Below, piece after piece: positions 1 to 9,533 of a stretch of DNA of 32,000 nucleotides. The notes below the pieces were generated by a model. That model saw nothing but the letters and a program-made list of their open reading frames with translations. It made no database searches and was not told the origin of the DNA. The stretch is from Beggiatoa leptomitoformis (GTDB lineage: Bacteria > Pseudomonadota > Gammaproteobacteria > Beggiatoales > Beggiatoaceae), in NCBI RefSeq assembly GCF_001305575.3, contig NZ_CP012373.2:3888799-3920798 (forward strand). Reading direction: 5' to 3'. The first letter of the stretch is position 1. Every line of letters begins with the position of its first letter. Position numbers and translations under genes: made by a program.

Positions 1-2409
1 ACTTTCTAAACCTTGAGAGTCTTTTACCGTCAGAGTAACAACATATTGACCAATATTTGTAAAAGTATGTGTCACTATTGGACTATTTGATGTTGTGATA
101 GAAGTTTCTTCACTATCATCATCTAACGGTGAGTATTTCCACGAGTAGGAAACGATAGAACCATCAGAATCGCTTGAATCACTTGCATCTAGTGTTGTTG
201 TTAAAGGACTTGCGCCCTTATTTGGGGATAAACTAAAACTGGCAATTGGCGGTTTAGCTGGTGTTTCACCAGTTACTTCACATTCGTATTTTGCGTTGAA
301 AGTTCCTAAATTAGCGTCAGAATCATCGCAATCTTTCTCAGCTTTACAAGATAATGGACAAGTTGAGGGTTTTTCCTCAGATATTCCCCAGTTGCAATAA
401 TTATCATTATCTTTATCAACACAAACAATCTGGCGTGCTTTAGCAAGACTATTAATTGGTGGTTCGATAGCCATGACACTTAAGTTTTTAGGTTCTAGTT
501 TGATATAAGCAAAACCATTTTCAGCAGAGCCTTCGGATTTATATTTACCCCAATGCGATATTTTCCCTGTCTTCTCATTGACAATATCGCCCATAGCTCC
601 AGCTCCTCCCCAACCTCCACTCCAACTATTTTTAAAAATCCAAATAGTTCTTCCATCTAAATCAGTTTCGAAACCAACTAATATCATGGCATGACTAAGA
701 CTCCAAACAGCCGCGACTAAAGGACCTTTTTCGATGAGCAATTTCTTTATATCATCTTCATTATCTTCACTTAAATCAAAATATGAACCTGCTTTATTTA
801 TACTAACTTTTTCACTAAAAATAGATTGTTTATCAGAGCAGGCTAGTAAATCTGTTGCTTTATAAGGGAAGGCATTCTCGTCAACAATACCTAAAGTGAG
901 ATATTTCTGAGGAATAGTAAACATTGGTCCGCCGTTGCAAGAACCTAGTTTTCTTTTTACAAGTTTTCCGTTTTCATCTGTAAACTCGATTTCAGGATTA
1001 CAAGACAATACATCTTGCTCAGATAAATCCAAACTTAGCTGTTGATTAAAATAAAGGTTGGTAACTGCTTCTAAAGTGCCTGTATCAGCAAAGGCCCAAC
1101 AACTTCCACAATTACCTTGATCCTTTACAGCAGTAACCCAATTTTCTCCATGTCTATTCCGCCAATCAAAACTGTCGACCAAAGCACTTTGTCGCCGAGT
1201 TTTTCTCAAATTGCGTGTATCATTTGGGTTTTTAGATTTTAAATCAAATATACCACCTCGGTAATATTCAAAACCCTGCAAATTAAGTTCTCCAACTTCA
1301 GTTTCATCATCAGCTAATGCACCAGTTAAATGTTTTTTTTCTGCATAAGTTAAATTAGAAACAGCGGTTTCCCCGGCAATCCATCCAATATCTTGTTGTT
1401 CGTTAAGCTTTTGGACAATAACAGTATTTTGTTGTTTTATTACTGTTTCTGTACTAGAAGATAACGGGGTATTAACGTAGTAAATCTCAGGAATGCTAAG
1501 TACAGCACTTTTCGCTTCAAGACGTAGTGAAAAAGTGTGAATTGTTTTTGGTAAAACACAACTCTCTTGGCAAACAGCGTTAAAAACTAAATAATCTGAC
1601 AACCAGTTAAATTTTTCTTCTTCTGTTAATTCCTGATAACTCTTTTGATATACCAGATACTCCCTTTTTGTCTCGTTATCAATTAATACCACTCGAACAA
1701 AGGCAGAAGTATCTATTCCGCCGACTCCTGAAAATATTGTGTCTATAATATTTAGCATTAATCTAATTTTGATGGCTAATGCACTAATATTAATAATATT
1801 ATCTATATTGATAGTAGTTGTTTCAAAATTAAAAATGGATGCTGAAACCTCAAGGTTTACAGATTGACTTATAGTTTCTGCTTCAATGGGAATTGAAAAT
1901 GCTTTTGCTTCATTAGCAACTAGGTTTGGTATTGTAACAAATGTTAGATTCTCTAGAGCTAGGGTTGTAGAACAACAGACATATGTAACAGGAAATATTA
2001 TTCCCGTTTTTTCTGACCAAGTAAAAGTGTCGTCTCTTTTCGCAAAATAGAAACCATTAACACTGGAATTATTTGTCAGCATGAAAGACCAAGAGTAATC
2101 ACCACTACCACACATTAGAGGGGAACTTTCGTCGTAAACTGCCAGTCCATCAGTAAGAAGCCGAATCCAAAAACTGCTACAATTAGAATCTGTAACCTCG
2201 TAATTAAAATGAATTGTGATTTTTTGCCCATTAGCAACAGTGCTTCCACTGGGAATAGAAGTACGAATATTGCTAAATTTGACATTACCAACTGTTAAAC
2301 TGTCCGTAGCAAAACTGGGTTGGAGTAAAAATCCTACTAGCCATAAAGTTAGGATGAGCAGTTTTAAAAAAATATAACGAAGGTCATTCTTTGTTTGAAT
2401 CCTGAACAT
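1..2409 (-). CDS. Secreted papain-family (peptidase C1) cysteine protease with a C-terminal Cys/Asp-rich module and PKD domain; the 3' end runs off the window
   Basis: Not in the ORF track because no stop codon lies inside the window. Manual minus-strand translation from ATG 2409-2407 (GAGGTG 6 nt upstream) stays open to nt 1, 803 codons. The N-terminus MFRIQTKNDLRYIFLKLLILTLWLVGFLLQPSFA/TD looks like a Sec signal peptide. Papain triad motifs are present: VKDQGNCGSCWAF (Cys codon 1099-1101), SLSHAMILVGF (His codon 691-693) and IFKNSWSGGWGG (Asn codon 628-630). A cathepsin-B-like GWIAGETAVSNLTYAEKKHLTG lies just upstream. A Cys/Asp-rich CVDKDNDNYC..KDCDDSDA module is at 250-423. A PKD-like TLDASDSSDSDGSIVSYSW..HTFTNIGQYVVTLTVKDSQG is at 1-249. 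Confidence 0.85.
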   Translation of the reverse strand, partial: MFRIQTKNDLRYIFLKLLILTLWLVGFLLQPSFATDSLTVGNVKFSNIRTSIPSGSTVANGQKITIHFNYEVTDSNCSSFWIRLLTDGLAVYDESSPLMCGSGDYSWSFMLTNNSSVNGFYFAKRDDTFTWSEKTGIIFPVTYVCCSTTLALENLTFVTIPNLVANEAKAFSIPIEAETISQSVNLEVSASIFNFETTTINIDNIINISALAIKIRLMLNIIDTIFSGVGGIDTSAFVRVVLIDNETKREYLVYQKSYQELTEEEKFNWLSDYLVFNAVCQESCVLPKTIHTFSLRLEAKSAVLSIPEIYYVNTPLSSSTETVIKQQNTVIVQKLNEQQDIGWIAGETAVSNLTYAEKKHLTGALADDETEVGELNLQGFEYYRGGIFDLKSKNPNDTRNLRKTRRQSALVDSFDWRNRHGENWVTAVKDQGNCGSCWAFADTGTLEAVTNLYFNQQLSLDLSEQDVLSCNPEIEFTDENGKLVKRKLGSCNGGPMFTIPQKYLTLGIVDENAFPYKATDLLACSDKQSIFSEKVSINKAGSYFDLSEDNEDDIKKLLIEKGPLVAAVWSLSHAMILVGFETDLDGRTIWIFKNSWSGGWGGAGAMGDIVNEKTGKISHWGKYKSEGSAENGFAYIKLEPKNLSVMAIEPPINSLAKARQIVCVDKDNDNYCNWGISEEKPSTCPLSCKAEKDCDDSDANLGTFNAKYECEVTGETPAKPPIASFSLSPNKGASPLTTTLDASDSSDSDGSIVSYSWKYSPLDDDSEETSITTSNSPIVTHTFTNIGQYVVTLTVKDSQGLES

Positions 2410-2428
2410 AAGACACCTCACGATATCC

Positions 2429-2450
2429 CGTTACCAAAAAATTGGTAACG
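2429..2450 (-). promoter_or_regulatory. Perfect 9-bp stem / 4-nt loop hairpin in the 5' leader of the protease gene
   Basis: CGTTACCAA aaaa TTGGTAACG is a perfect inverted repeat 20 nt upstream of the ATG at 2409. Neither strand has a U-tract after it, so it is more likely a leader structure than a terminator. Confidence 0.3.
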
Positions 2451-3048
2451 AGAAATACCCAAAAACTAAAGGAAAAGTATGTTGTTGTTACTTATTTTGA
2501 CAACTGAAGTTACCGCTTGAACTACATTGACAACTAGAACTGGTACTAAAGTTGAACCAAGTAAGAGTATTAATGCCATTTTTAAATAGCACTACGTAAA
2601 GTATAATAAAATATAAAAAATATCAATTTACAATAAATTAGACAACTTTTTACTTTATTGTAAAGTGATAGTGTTTTTTTATCCTAATTTGTAAACCATG
2701 AATTCTCAAACAGCAGAAAAATTTAAAAATAAAATAACTATTGTCAATAATTTGTCTATGTTTACTAACATAAATGGTTTTTGCTTAAGAAACTTTATTT
2801 TCTTTAAATATGGTTAGAGAAATAGTAGGCTTTTTGGTTGGAAAACGTGATACGAGTGGTATAGCAATATTATGGAAACCCATTTCAGTGGTTTATCTTT
2901 AATGCGCAGTGCGTTATGCGAGTTTTTTGGAAGCGTCAAAGAGGGTTAGCAAACGTCTTAACAATGCATTGAAACAGCAAGTTAGTCGATTGGTAAAACT
3001 TTATCATTCTCTAAGAAATTGCAAAACCACATAGTGGCTATTGTTTCT

Positions 3049-3177
3049 TTCATTGGTAATGCTAAAGATACAAAACTGACGCAGTTTGGGACGCGGGATT
3101 ATGAGGCGGAAATCGGGCGGTGGATAATGACAGACCCGATTGGAGTTGATGGTAAACAGGTAGATTTATACCCTTAA
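3049..3177 (+). pseudogene. Orphan RHS/YD-repeat core C-terminal fragment (no start codon, no toxin tip)
   Basis: Frame-1 translation gives FIGNAKDTKLTQFGTRDYEAEIGRWIMTDPIGVDGKQVDLYP*. This matches the conserved end of RHS core domains (F.GG.YD.DTGL.RFGARDYD...GRW...DPIG..GG.NLY.Y). The frame opens only at 2986 after a TAG, has no ATG before the motif, and stops right after LYP. Confidence 0.6.
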
Positions 3178-3242
3178 TGTTAATAGTGTTTTTCATCCTC
3201 ATCAATTACATTCTAGTAGTTCAGCTAATTCTGGTTCAGGCA

Positions 3243-3268
3243 GGCACTAGCATTAGTGCCGTTTTTTT
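3243..3268 (+). terminator. Rho-independent terminator (plus strand) overlapping the last codons of the convergent kinase gene
   Basis: GGCACTA gcat TAGTGCC is a 7-bp stem, followed by GTTTTTTT on the plus strand. The minus strand has no U-tract after the stem. Confidence 0.5.
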
Positions 3269-6200
3269 AAAACCAGCAGTGTAATATCATCTTTTAATTT
3301 ATCCCCACTGAGATGCGCTCGCACATCGGCGATAACAGCATGGTTAATTTCTGCTACCGATTTTGACCAAAAATGACTGACTACATCACATAAACGTTTT
3401 ACGCCGTATTGGTGTTTTTCAGGATTTAAGGCTTCAGTTATGCCGTCAGTATAAAGCACAATACCATCCCCTACTTGTAATATAACTTCTTGATAGTTAA
3501 TCAAGTCGTTAATCTCTTCTTCTAATCCTATGGGAAAACCCAAAGCGGTTGTATTAATACGTTCAACTTGTCCATCTTGTCGTACAACGAGTATTTCTTC
3601 GTGTTGTCCTGTCATGCGTAAAACGGTTAATGAACTATCTAGGGGGGAGGGATAACAATCAATGAGGCTTAAGGTTAAACTTTTGTCTGAACCCATTCGT
3701 TGAATATTGGCATAAACCGCACGGTTAATAATGGGTAAAAAGGCTTCTGGGGTGGCTAGTTGTGTTTCTAGTAAGGTGCGAACGGCCATTTGTATCATGA
3801 GCATAATCACGCCACTTTCTAACCCATGTCCTGTTACATCACCAATTCCAATAAGAGTATGTTCTGCACATTGTAAAATATCATAGTAATCCCCCCCTAC
3901 TTCGTCGGCAGGTTCCATAAAGGCGGCAACGTCTAGGCCTCTCACTTGGGTTAATTCTGTCTCTGTCGGTAATAACATGCGTTGTAGTTGGCGAGAAACG
4001 GATAATTCTGCCCCCATACGCGCATTTTCTGAGGCTAATTGTTCGTTGTGTTGTAAGGTTTTAATTAGGCGCATGTGTTCTTGTTCTGCGCGTTTACGGT
4101 CGGTAATATCATGTAATGCGGTGAGAATGACGCGTTCATCTGCATAGGTTGCTTGTTGGGTTGAAATCGCTACCCAAACGGGCGAGCCGTCGGCTTTGAG
4201 TAGTTCAACTTCATAATCTTTTACTTTGCCTTTATTTTGTTTGTATAAAGAGACATATTTTTGCTGGTCTGTTGTGTAGCGGTACAATTCGCCTATCGTG
4301 CGTTCCACTAAATCGGGAATGCTATATCCAAAGGTTTGGCTACTTTGTGGATTCGCATACAAAATCATGCCTGATTCGGGTTTGATGATAAAAATAGGCA
4401 CGGGCATGGTTTCAGCAATCACGCGGAAACGTTCTTCACTTTCTTGTAATGCACGGGTAAAGCCTTGACGTTCTACTTCGGCATTTTTAATGTCGGTGAT
4501 GTCATAGTACGCGCTGAGAAGTACGTTTTGATTAACAAAGCGAATAGGATGCACAAAAAGCGCGACCCATACGGATTGGTTGTAAACATTACGAAATTCA
4601 ATTTCATAATTGCTGACTGAGCCAAAACGTCGGAATGCGCCCACCACTTTTTCGCGGTCATCAGGGTTGCGATAAAAATCAAGCGTACGATATTGATTAA
4701 TCAGGGTACTGGGTGGTAAGCCGAAAATAGATTCAATGCGAGGATTTGCGTATAAAATGAGTCCATCTTCTGCACGGCTGATGGATAGGGCTATCGGTGT
4801 GGTTTCGGTAATAATCCGTAATCGTTCTTCATTTTCGCCTAATGTTTTATATAAACGCGCATTATCTAAAGAGATGGCCATTTGATTAGATAATAGACTT
4901 AGGATTTCTACCCGTTCTGGGGTGAATACACTGGTCGCAAGATTGTTTTCTAGGTATAAAATACCGCTTAGTTTACCCTTATTTAACATGGGCATACATA
5001 AGATGGATTTAATTTGTTGGCTGGCAACATAGGGGTCGCGGGTAAACTTGCCCATATTGCACGCATCGTTTAATACGACACAATCTTGTACGCGAATGAC
5101 ATAATTAACGAGGGTGATAGGCAGCGATAATGCGGCGTTTTCTAAAGGTAAATCTTGTAAAATTTCGACATGTTCTGCATTCAATGCACCTTCGGCTTCA
5201 ATAACCCAATGTCCATTTTGTTCTAGCACTAATAAGCTACGTTGCGCGCCTGCATTTTCTAAGACAATTTGCATGAGTTTTTTGAGCAATTTGCCTAAGT
5301 CTAATTCGCTAGTGGTGGCTTGCGAGGCTTTTAAAATGCTAGCAAAATCTAGCATGTTGGGTAGCCCTTGTTGGGTTATTAAGGTTGTAATGGTTGTTGT
5401 TTGGGCGGAACTGTCTCGTTGCGAAAATAAATTGCTGTGGCGAATTTCTAATTCTTTGGCCTTTGCTATGGCTCCCCAGCGGATATAGGCGTAATGGGCA
5501 TCACGTAAACAGGCGTATGCGTATTTAACTAAACCGCGCTGTAAATAAAATTGTCCTGCTAATTCGCAAGCAATGGCTTCTTCGTTTAAATAGCCTTGTT
5601 CATGCGCAAGATGAATTGCTTGGTCGTAATATTCACGGGCTTCTTTATCATGTTTTAAGGCACGTTCCCGTTCTGCGGCAACCAAGTAATATTTATGTTG
5701 TTGGTTATCTGGTGAAAAAGTTGCCCATAGTTGTAGTTTTTTCTGATTTTTATCTACTGTGCGTAAAATGTGTTTTTGTTCACGGGGTGTAACTTGTGGA
5801 TAAATACTTAAGAGTATTAATGATTCATAAAAATGAAAAAAAGCAAATGGTATTGAACCAATCGTGCCATTTAAATATTGTGCTGCACAATTAATATAGT
5901 CCCTTGCTTTGTAAGGTTCTTGAAAGTAATAAGCTAAAATAGCCTTGTTGAAATAGTTATGATACAAAGCGGTACGATTGTTATGTTTTTTATACATAAC
6001 TATCGACTCTTCTTCATTGTATGCCGTGCCGACCAGTTGACTAGGATTTTCTGGGGATTGTCCCCGTAGGTTTAAGATAGTTTGATGATAAATTTCAATT
6101 AAATTAACAGCCGCTGCTTGGCGTAGTTGCCGAATTTCTTGGCTATACGCGGTCATTTCTTTTTCTAAATTTTCTAAGGGTTCACCAATCAGGGCGGCAT

Positions 6201-9200
6201 AGGCAAGACGGGCAAACATGCTGAGGCTTGCAAAATCAAATTCGCCCATTTCTAACCCAAGTCGCCACACATCCCGCAAGGGGTTTAAAATACTGCGAAC
6301 AGGGTTGCGCCAATGCCGAATGAAGGCGTTGACGATGAAAAAAGTTTTGGTTCGAAATTCACGATTGTTGAGGCGTTCACTTAATTGCACCGCCAATTCA
6401 CCGAATTGATAACCGCTTTCAATAAATCCCGTGCCACATAGCCGTTGTCCGTAAGTTGCGTAGGCATACGCTGAAACAGGGGTATTGCCAAAATCTACCG
6501 ATAATTGAATCAAGCGGAAAGTGATTAGGGGCATTAAATTGGGTTGGGCAGCATACGCGGCAGAAGTTGCGTGATTTAAAATCTGCATTGCCGCGAGTTT
6601 TTCGGGGTTAGTCATCTCGGGCAGTTCTAAAAGGCTAGGCATATCGCCTGAGGTTAACGCAAATTTCATGCGTAACTCGCCTAACCAAATATGCCAACGA
6701 CTGGGGTTATCTGGCAGACGAATGCCCAATTTACGTAGGGCATGGCGGGCAATATTTAAGGCATCGCGAAACCGTCCTTGAGCGCGAGCAGCTTGAATAC
6801 GGACTTCATAAATACGGATTTTATCTAGTAAACTTCGGGCATTGCGTAATACACGCAATGCTAATCGTTCCATTTCATCGGCATCACCAATGTAGTAGGC
6901 AACTTCTGCCCCTTCAGTAGTGACGGCTAAAATAAGGGCGTAATCTGTTTGCCAATATTGAACGGTAAATAGGTTGAGTGCCGCACTAAGATAGCGAAAA
7001 GCGGATTCGTAAGCTGCAGCGGCTTTTGCTTTACGTGCTGCGGCTAGGTTTAAGTTAGCAATTAGAATTTTATCACTGGTTTCAGTGACAAGGGGAATGC
7101 CTAAGTTAAAATGGTTGGTGATTTCGAACAATTCATCAATGGATTTGTTTTCTCCAATTTTTTGATTTAGTAACCGTCCAATTTTTAAATGATTTTTTTG
7201 CTTATTGATTTCATTCAAAAGATTATAAGCCGTTTCTTGCACACGGTTATGCAGAAAACGAAACACATTGCCATCGGAATCAGGGAGGGGAGCGATAAGA
7301 TTTGCTTCTAAGGCGGGTAATAGTTCTTGTGTCGTTTCAATCACTGATTTGTCATAGACATCCGCAACAATTTGTATATCAAATGGATTACCCAAACAGG
7401 CGGCAATAGAGAGCAAGTATTGGGTATCTTCAGGTAATTTTTGTAGTTTATGAATTAATAAGTCTGCCACATTATCCGTAATACTGGCTTCTTCAATCGC
7501 TTCTAAATTCCATTGCCACTGTGGTTGTCGTTGTCCATTTTCTTGTAGTTGAAAATGTAAGTTGAGTAAATTTTCTTCATACAGTGTTTTAATGAACTGT
7601 TGGATAAATAATGGATTTCCATCAGTTTTATGTAATATAACTTCAGCAAGGGGGTGAATTTGTTGTCGTTTGGCGTGGAGAGTATCGATTAATAATTGAG
7701 TAATAGCTTCTAAATCTAAGGGTTGCAAAGTGATTTGCAGGGTAATCGTCATCGATTTACGTAATTCGTCTAACGTTAATGTCAGTGGGTGTAACTCGTC
7801 CACTTCGTGCTGACGGTAAACACCAATCACTAATAAATAACGGGTTTCTTCATCTCGTAACAACATGGAGAGGAGTTTTAATGAAGCACTGTCTGCCCAT
7901 TGCAAATCGTCCAGCACAATGGCTAGGGGGTGTGATGGTTGACAAAATACTTTCATAAAACTCAAAAACACGCGGTTAAATCGGTTTTGAGCCTCTAAAA
8001 AACCTAAATTTTGTTCAGCATTCGCTTGTTCGCCAATAATTAATGCAACTTCTGGAATAACATCAATAATCAATTGTCCATTGCTGCCTAAAGCACTTAA
8101 TAAGCGTTTTTTCCATTTGGCTAGTTGTGCTTCACTTTCTGTTAAGACTTGACGAACTAATTCACCAAAAACATCTAAAATGGCCGTGTAAGGGGTAGTG
8201 CTTTGAAATTGTCCAAATTTACCTGTGATAAAATGTCCTTGTTGTTGCAAAACAGGTTTATACAATTCCCGAACAACCGTTGTTTTACCAATGCCCTCAT
8301 CTCCTGAGACTAACACCATTTCCGTGCAACCCTGACTCACCCGCTCAAAGGCATCCAGTAGTTCTATAACAGCACGGCTATTACCATATAATTTATCTGG
8401 AATTTGTAAAATTGTGGTAATATCATTTTGTCTTAATATAAATAATTCAATGGGTTGTTCACGGATTGATTGTTCAAAACAGTGGGTTAAATCCATTTGC
8501 AAGCCGTAAGCACTTTGATAGCGCAACTCGGCATTTTTTTCTAATAAACAGAAGATGATAGCGGATAAAATTGGCGGGACATCTACTCTGATGGTCTGTG
8601 GCAATGCAGGTTGTTTGGCAATATGACAATGTACCAGCTCTAACGGGTCGCTGGTTTCAAACGGTAATCGCCCCACTAACATTTCATAAAGGGTAATACC
8701 AAATGAGTAAAAATCTGTCCGATAATCCAGCGGACGACTCATCCGCCCCGTTTGTTCAGGGGATAAGTAATGGAGCGTTCCTTCTAATTTTTCGATACTT
8801 TTTAATGAGGGATTTTCTCGAGGCAGTACACTGGCAATGCCAAAGTCTATGAGCTTTAATTCACCAGAAGCAGGATTGTAAACAATGTTACTGGGGTTAA
8901 TGTCTTTGTGAATAACATGTTCGGCGTGAATTTCACCAATAGCTTGCGTGATTTTAATCGCTAGAAACAAAAAGGTTGTTATGTTTAATTCACGATGACG
9001 TAACCACTCTTTTAAGGAAAGACCCGCAATATCTTCTAACACCATCACCAGCGTATTTTTATATTTTTCTAACGCATAGACACGAATCACATTACTTTCT
9101 GAAGAAGGCGCGCTTTTTTGTAATCGATTTAAAATGTCATATTCACGTTGATACTGTGCTAATTCTGTCGGACTTGGGTAATCTGATTTTAAAAGCTTTA

Positions 9201-9303
9201 ACACAACAGGCATCGCATCACTCACCCGCGTTGCACGGTAAGCAATTGATTGTGTCCCTTCATAAATTTTATCGTCAATCCGGTAGCCCGGTAGAGTAAG
9301 CAT
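3253..9303 (-). CDS. Giant multidomain signalling protein: Ser/Thr protein kinase, AAA_16/STAND-type P-loop NTPase, helical (TPR-like) repeats, GAF, PAS, PAS, SpoIIE/PP2C phosphatase
   Basis: 2016-aa ORF with GGGGAG upstream of the ATG. Kinase motifs are VVLK (K36), IHKDINPSN (D133), DFG (153-155) and SPE (181-183). The P-loop is GDEGIGKT (334-341, nt ~8281-8304) and Walker B is VLDDLQWAD (463-471). GAF is about aa 1319-1489 (nt 4837-5349). The PAS domains are about aa 1490-1610 and 1620-1740 (nt 4474-4836 and 4084-4446). PP2C is about aa 1766-2016 (nt 3256-4008), with GGDYYD, GDVTGHG, YTDGITEA and DDITLLVLK. Confidence 0.95.
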   Translation of the reverse strand: MLTLPGYRIDDKIYEGTQSIAYRATRVSDAMPVVLKLLKSDYPSPTELAQYQREYDILNRLQKSAPSSESNVIRVYALEKYKNTLVMVLEDIAGLSLKEWLRHRELNITTFLFLAIKITQAIGEIHAEHVIHKDINPSNIVYNPASGELKLIDFGIASVLPRENPSLKSIEKLEGTLHYLSPEQTGRMSRPLDYRTDFYSFGITLYEMLVGRLPFETSDPLELVHCHIAKQPALPQTIRVDVPPILSAIIFCLLEKNAELRYQSAYGLQMDLTHCFEQSIREQPIELFILRQNDITTILQIPDKLYGNSRAVIELLDAFERVSQGCTEMVLVSGDEGIGKTTVVRELYKPVLQQQGHFITGKFGQFQSTTPYTAILDVFGELVRQVLTESEAQLAKWKKRLLSALGSNGQLIIDVIPEVALIIGEQANAEQNLGFLEAQNRFNRVFLSFMKVFCQPSHPLAIVLDDLQWADSASLKLLSMLLRDEETRYLLVIGVYRQHEVDELHPLTLTLDELRKSMTITLQITLQPLDLEAITQLLIDTLHAKRQQIHPLAEVILHKTDGNPLFIQQFIKTLYEENLLNLHFQLQENGQRQPQWQWNLEAIEEASITDNVADLLIHKLQKLPEDTQYLLSIAACLGNPFDIQIVADVYDKSVIETTQELLPALEANLIAPLPDSDGNVFRFLHNRVQETAYNLLNEINKQKNHLKIGRLLNQKIGENKSIDELFEITNHFNLGIPLVTETSDKILIANLNLAAARKAKAAAAYESAFRYLSAALNLFTVQYWQTDYALILAVTTEGAEVAYYIGDADEMERLALRVLRNARSLLDKIRIYEVRIQAARAQGRFRDALNIARHALRKLGIRLPDNPSRWHIWLGELRMKFALTSGDMPSLLELPEMTNPEKLAAMQILNHATSAAYAAQPNLMPLITFRLIQLSVDFGNTPVSAYAYATYGQRLCGTGFIESGYQFGELAVQLSERLNNREFRTKTFFIVNAFIRHWRNPVRSILNPLRDVWRLGLEMGEFDFASLSMFARLAYAALIGEPLENLEKEMTAYSQEIRQLRQAAAVNLIEIYHQTILNLRGQSPENPSQLVGTAYNEEESIVMYKKHNNRTALYHNYFNKAILAYYFQEPYKARDYINCAAQYLNGTIGSIPFAFFHFYESLILLSIYPQVTPREQKHILRTVDKNQKKLQLWATFSPDNQQHKYYLVAAERERALKHDKEAREYYDQAIHLAHEQGYLNEEAIACELAGQFYLQRGLVKYAYACLRDAHYAYIRWGAIAKAKELEIRHSNLFSQRDSSAQTTTITTLITQQGLPNMLDFASILKASQATTSELDLGKLLKKLMQIVLENAGAQRSLLVLEQNGHWVIEAEGALNAEHVEILQDLPLENAALSLPITLVNYVIRVQDCVVLNDACNMGKFTRDPYVASQQIKSILCMPMLNKGKLSGILYLENNLATSVFTPERVEILSLLSNQMAISLDNARLYKTLGENEERLRIITETTPIALSISRAEDGLILYANPRIESIFGLPPSTLINQYRTLDFYRNPDDREKVVGAFRRFGSVSNYEIEFRNVYNQSVWVALFVHPIRFVNQNVLLSAYYDITDIKNAEVERQGFTRALQESEERFRVIAETMPVPIFIIKPESGMILYANPQSSQTFGYSIPDLVERTIGELYRYTTDQQKYVSLYKQNKGKVKDYEVELLKADGSPVWVAISTQQATYADERVILTALHDITDRKRAEQEHMRLIKTLQHNEQLASENARMGAELSVSRQLQRMLLPTETELTQVRGLDVAAFMEPADEVGGDYYDILQCAEHTLIGIGDVTGHGLESGVIMLMIQMAVRTLLETQLATPEAFLPIINRAVYANIQRMGSDKSLTLSLIDCYPSPLDSSLTVLRMTGQHEEILVVRQDGQVERINTTALGFPIGLEEEINDLINYQEVILQVGDGIVLYTDGITEALNPEKHQYGVKRLCDVVSHFWSKSVAEINHAVIADVRAHLSGDKLKDDITLLVLKKRH

Positions 9304-9533
9304 TGTTCTTATTCTCCCCCGCTCTCATCTATCATTAATAAACAAGCAATCGTGTTAATTTGTTTTATAGTCGGTTTAGCAAGTTATAAGCCATTTACTA
9401 ACATAATGTAGTACAAACAATTCAATCGATAATTATCGCACTTAGCCATTATATAGGCGATAGAAACCATTAATAAACTAACGACCTTTTTAAATTGATT
9501 TATTGCCTATCAATAAACGCAGGATACTACAAC

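Noticed and set aside
2466-2579. 37-aa hydrophobic ORF (MALILLLGSTLVPVLVVNVVQAVTSVVKISNNNILFL) upstream of the protease, considered as a possible precursor peptide or substrate
   Set aside because: It has no Shine-Dalgarno sequence and no leader-type (GG) motif. The protease is C1 rather than C39, so there is no precedent for such a pairing. It is probably chance in AT-rich DNA.
4473-9299. Track ORFs 4473..4682(-), 5114..5488(+), 6218..6409(+) and 8976..9299(+), all inside the giant kinase gene
   Set aside because: They are fully nested in, or antisense to, a 2016-aa ORF with coherent domain content. Their sequences are low-complexity with no motifs and no ribosome-binding sites. I treat them as frame shadows.
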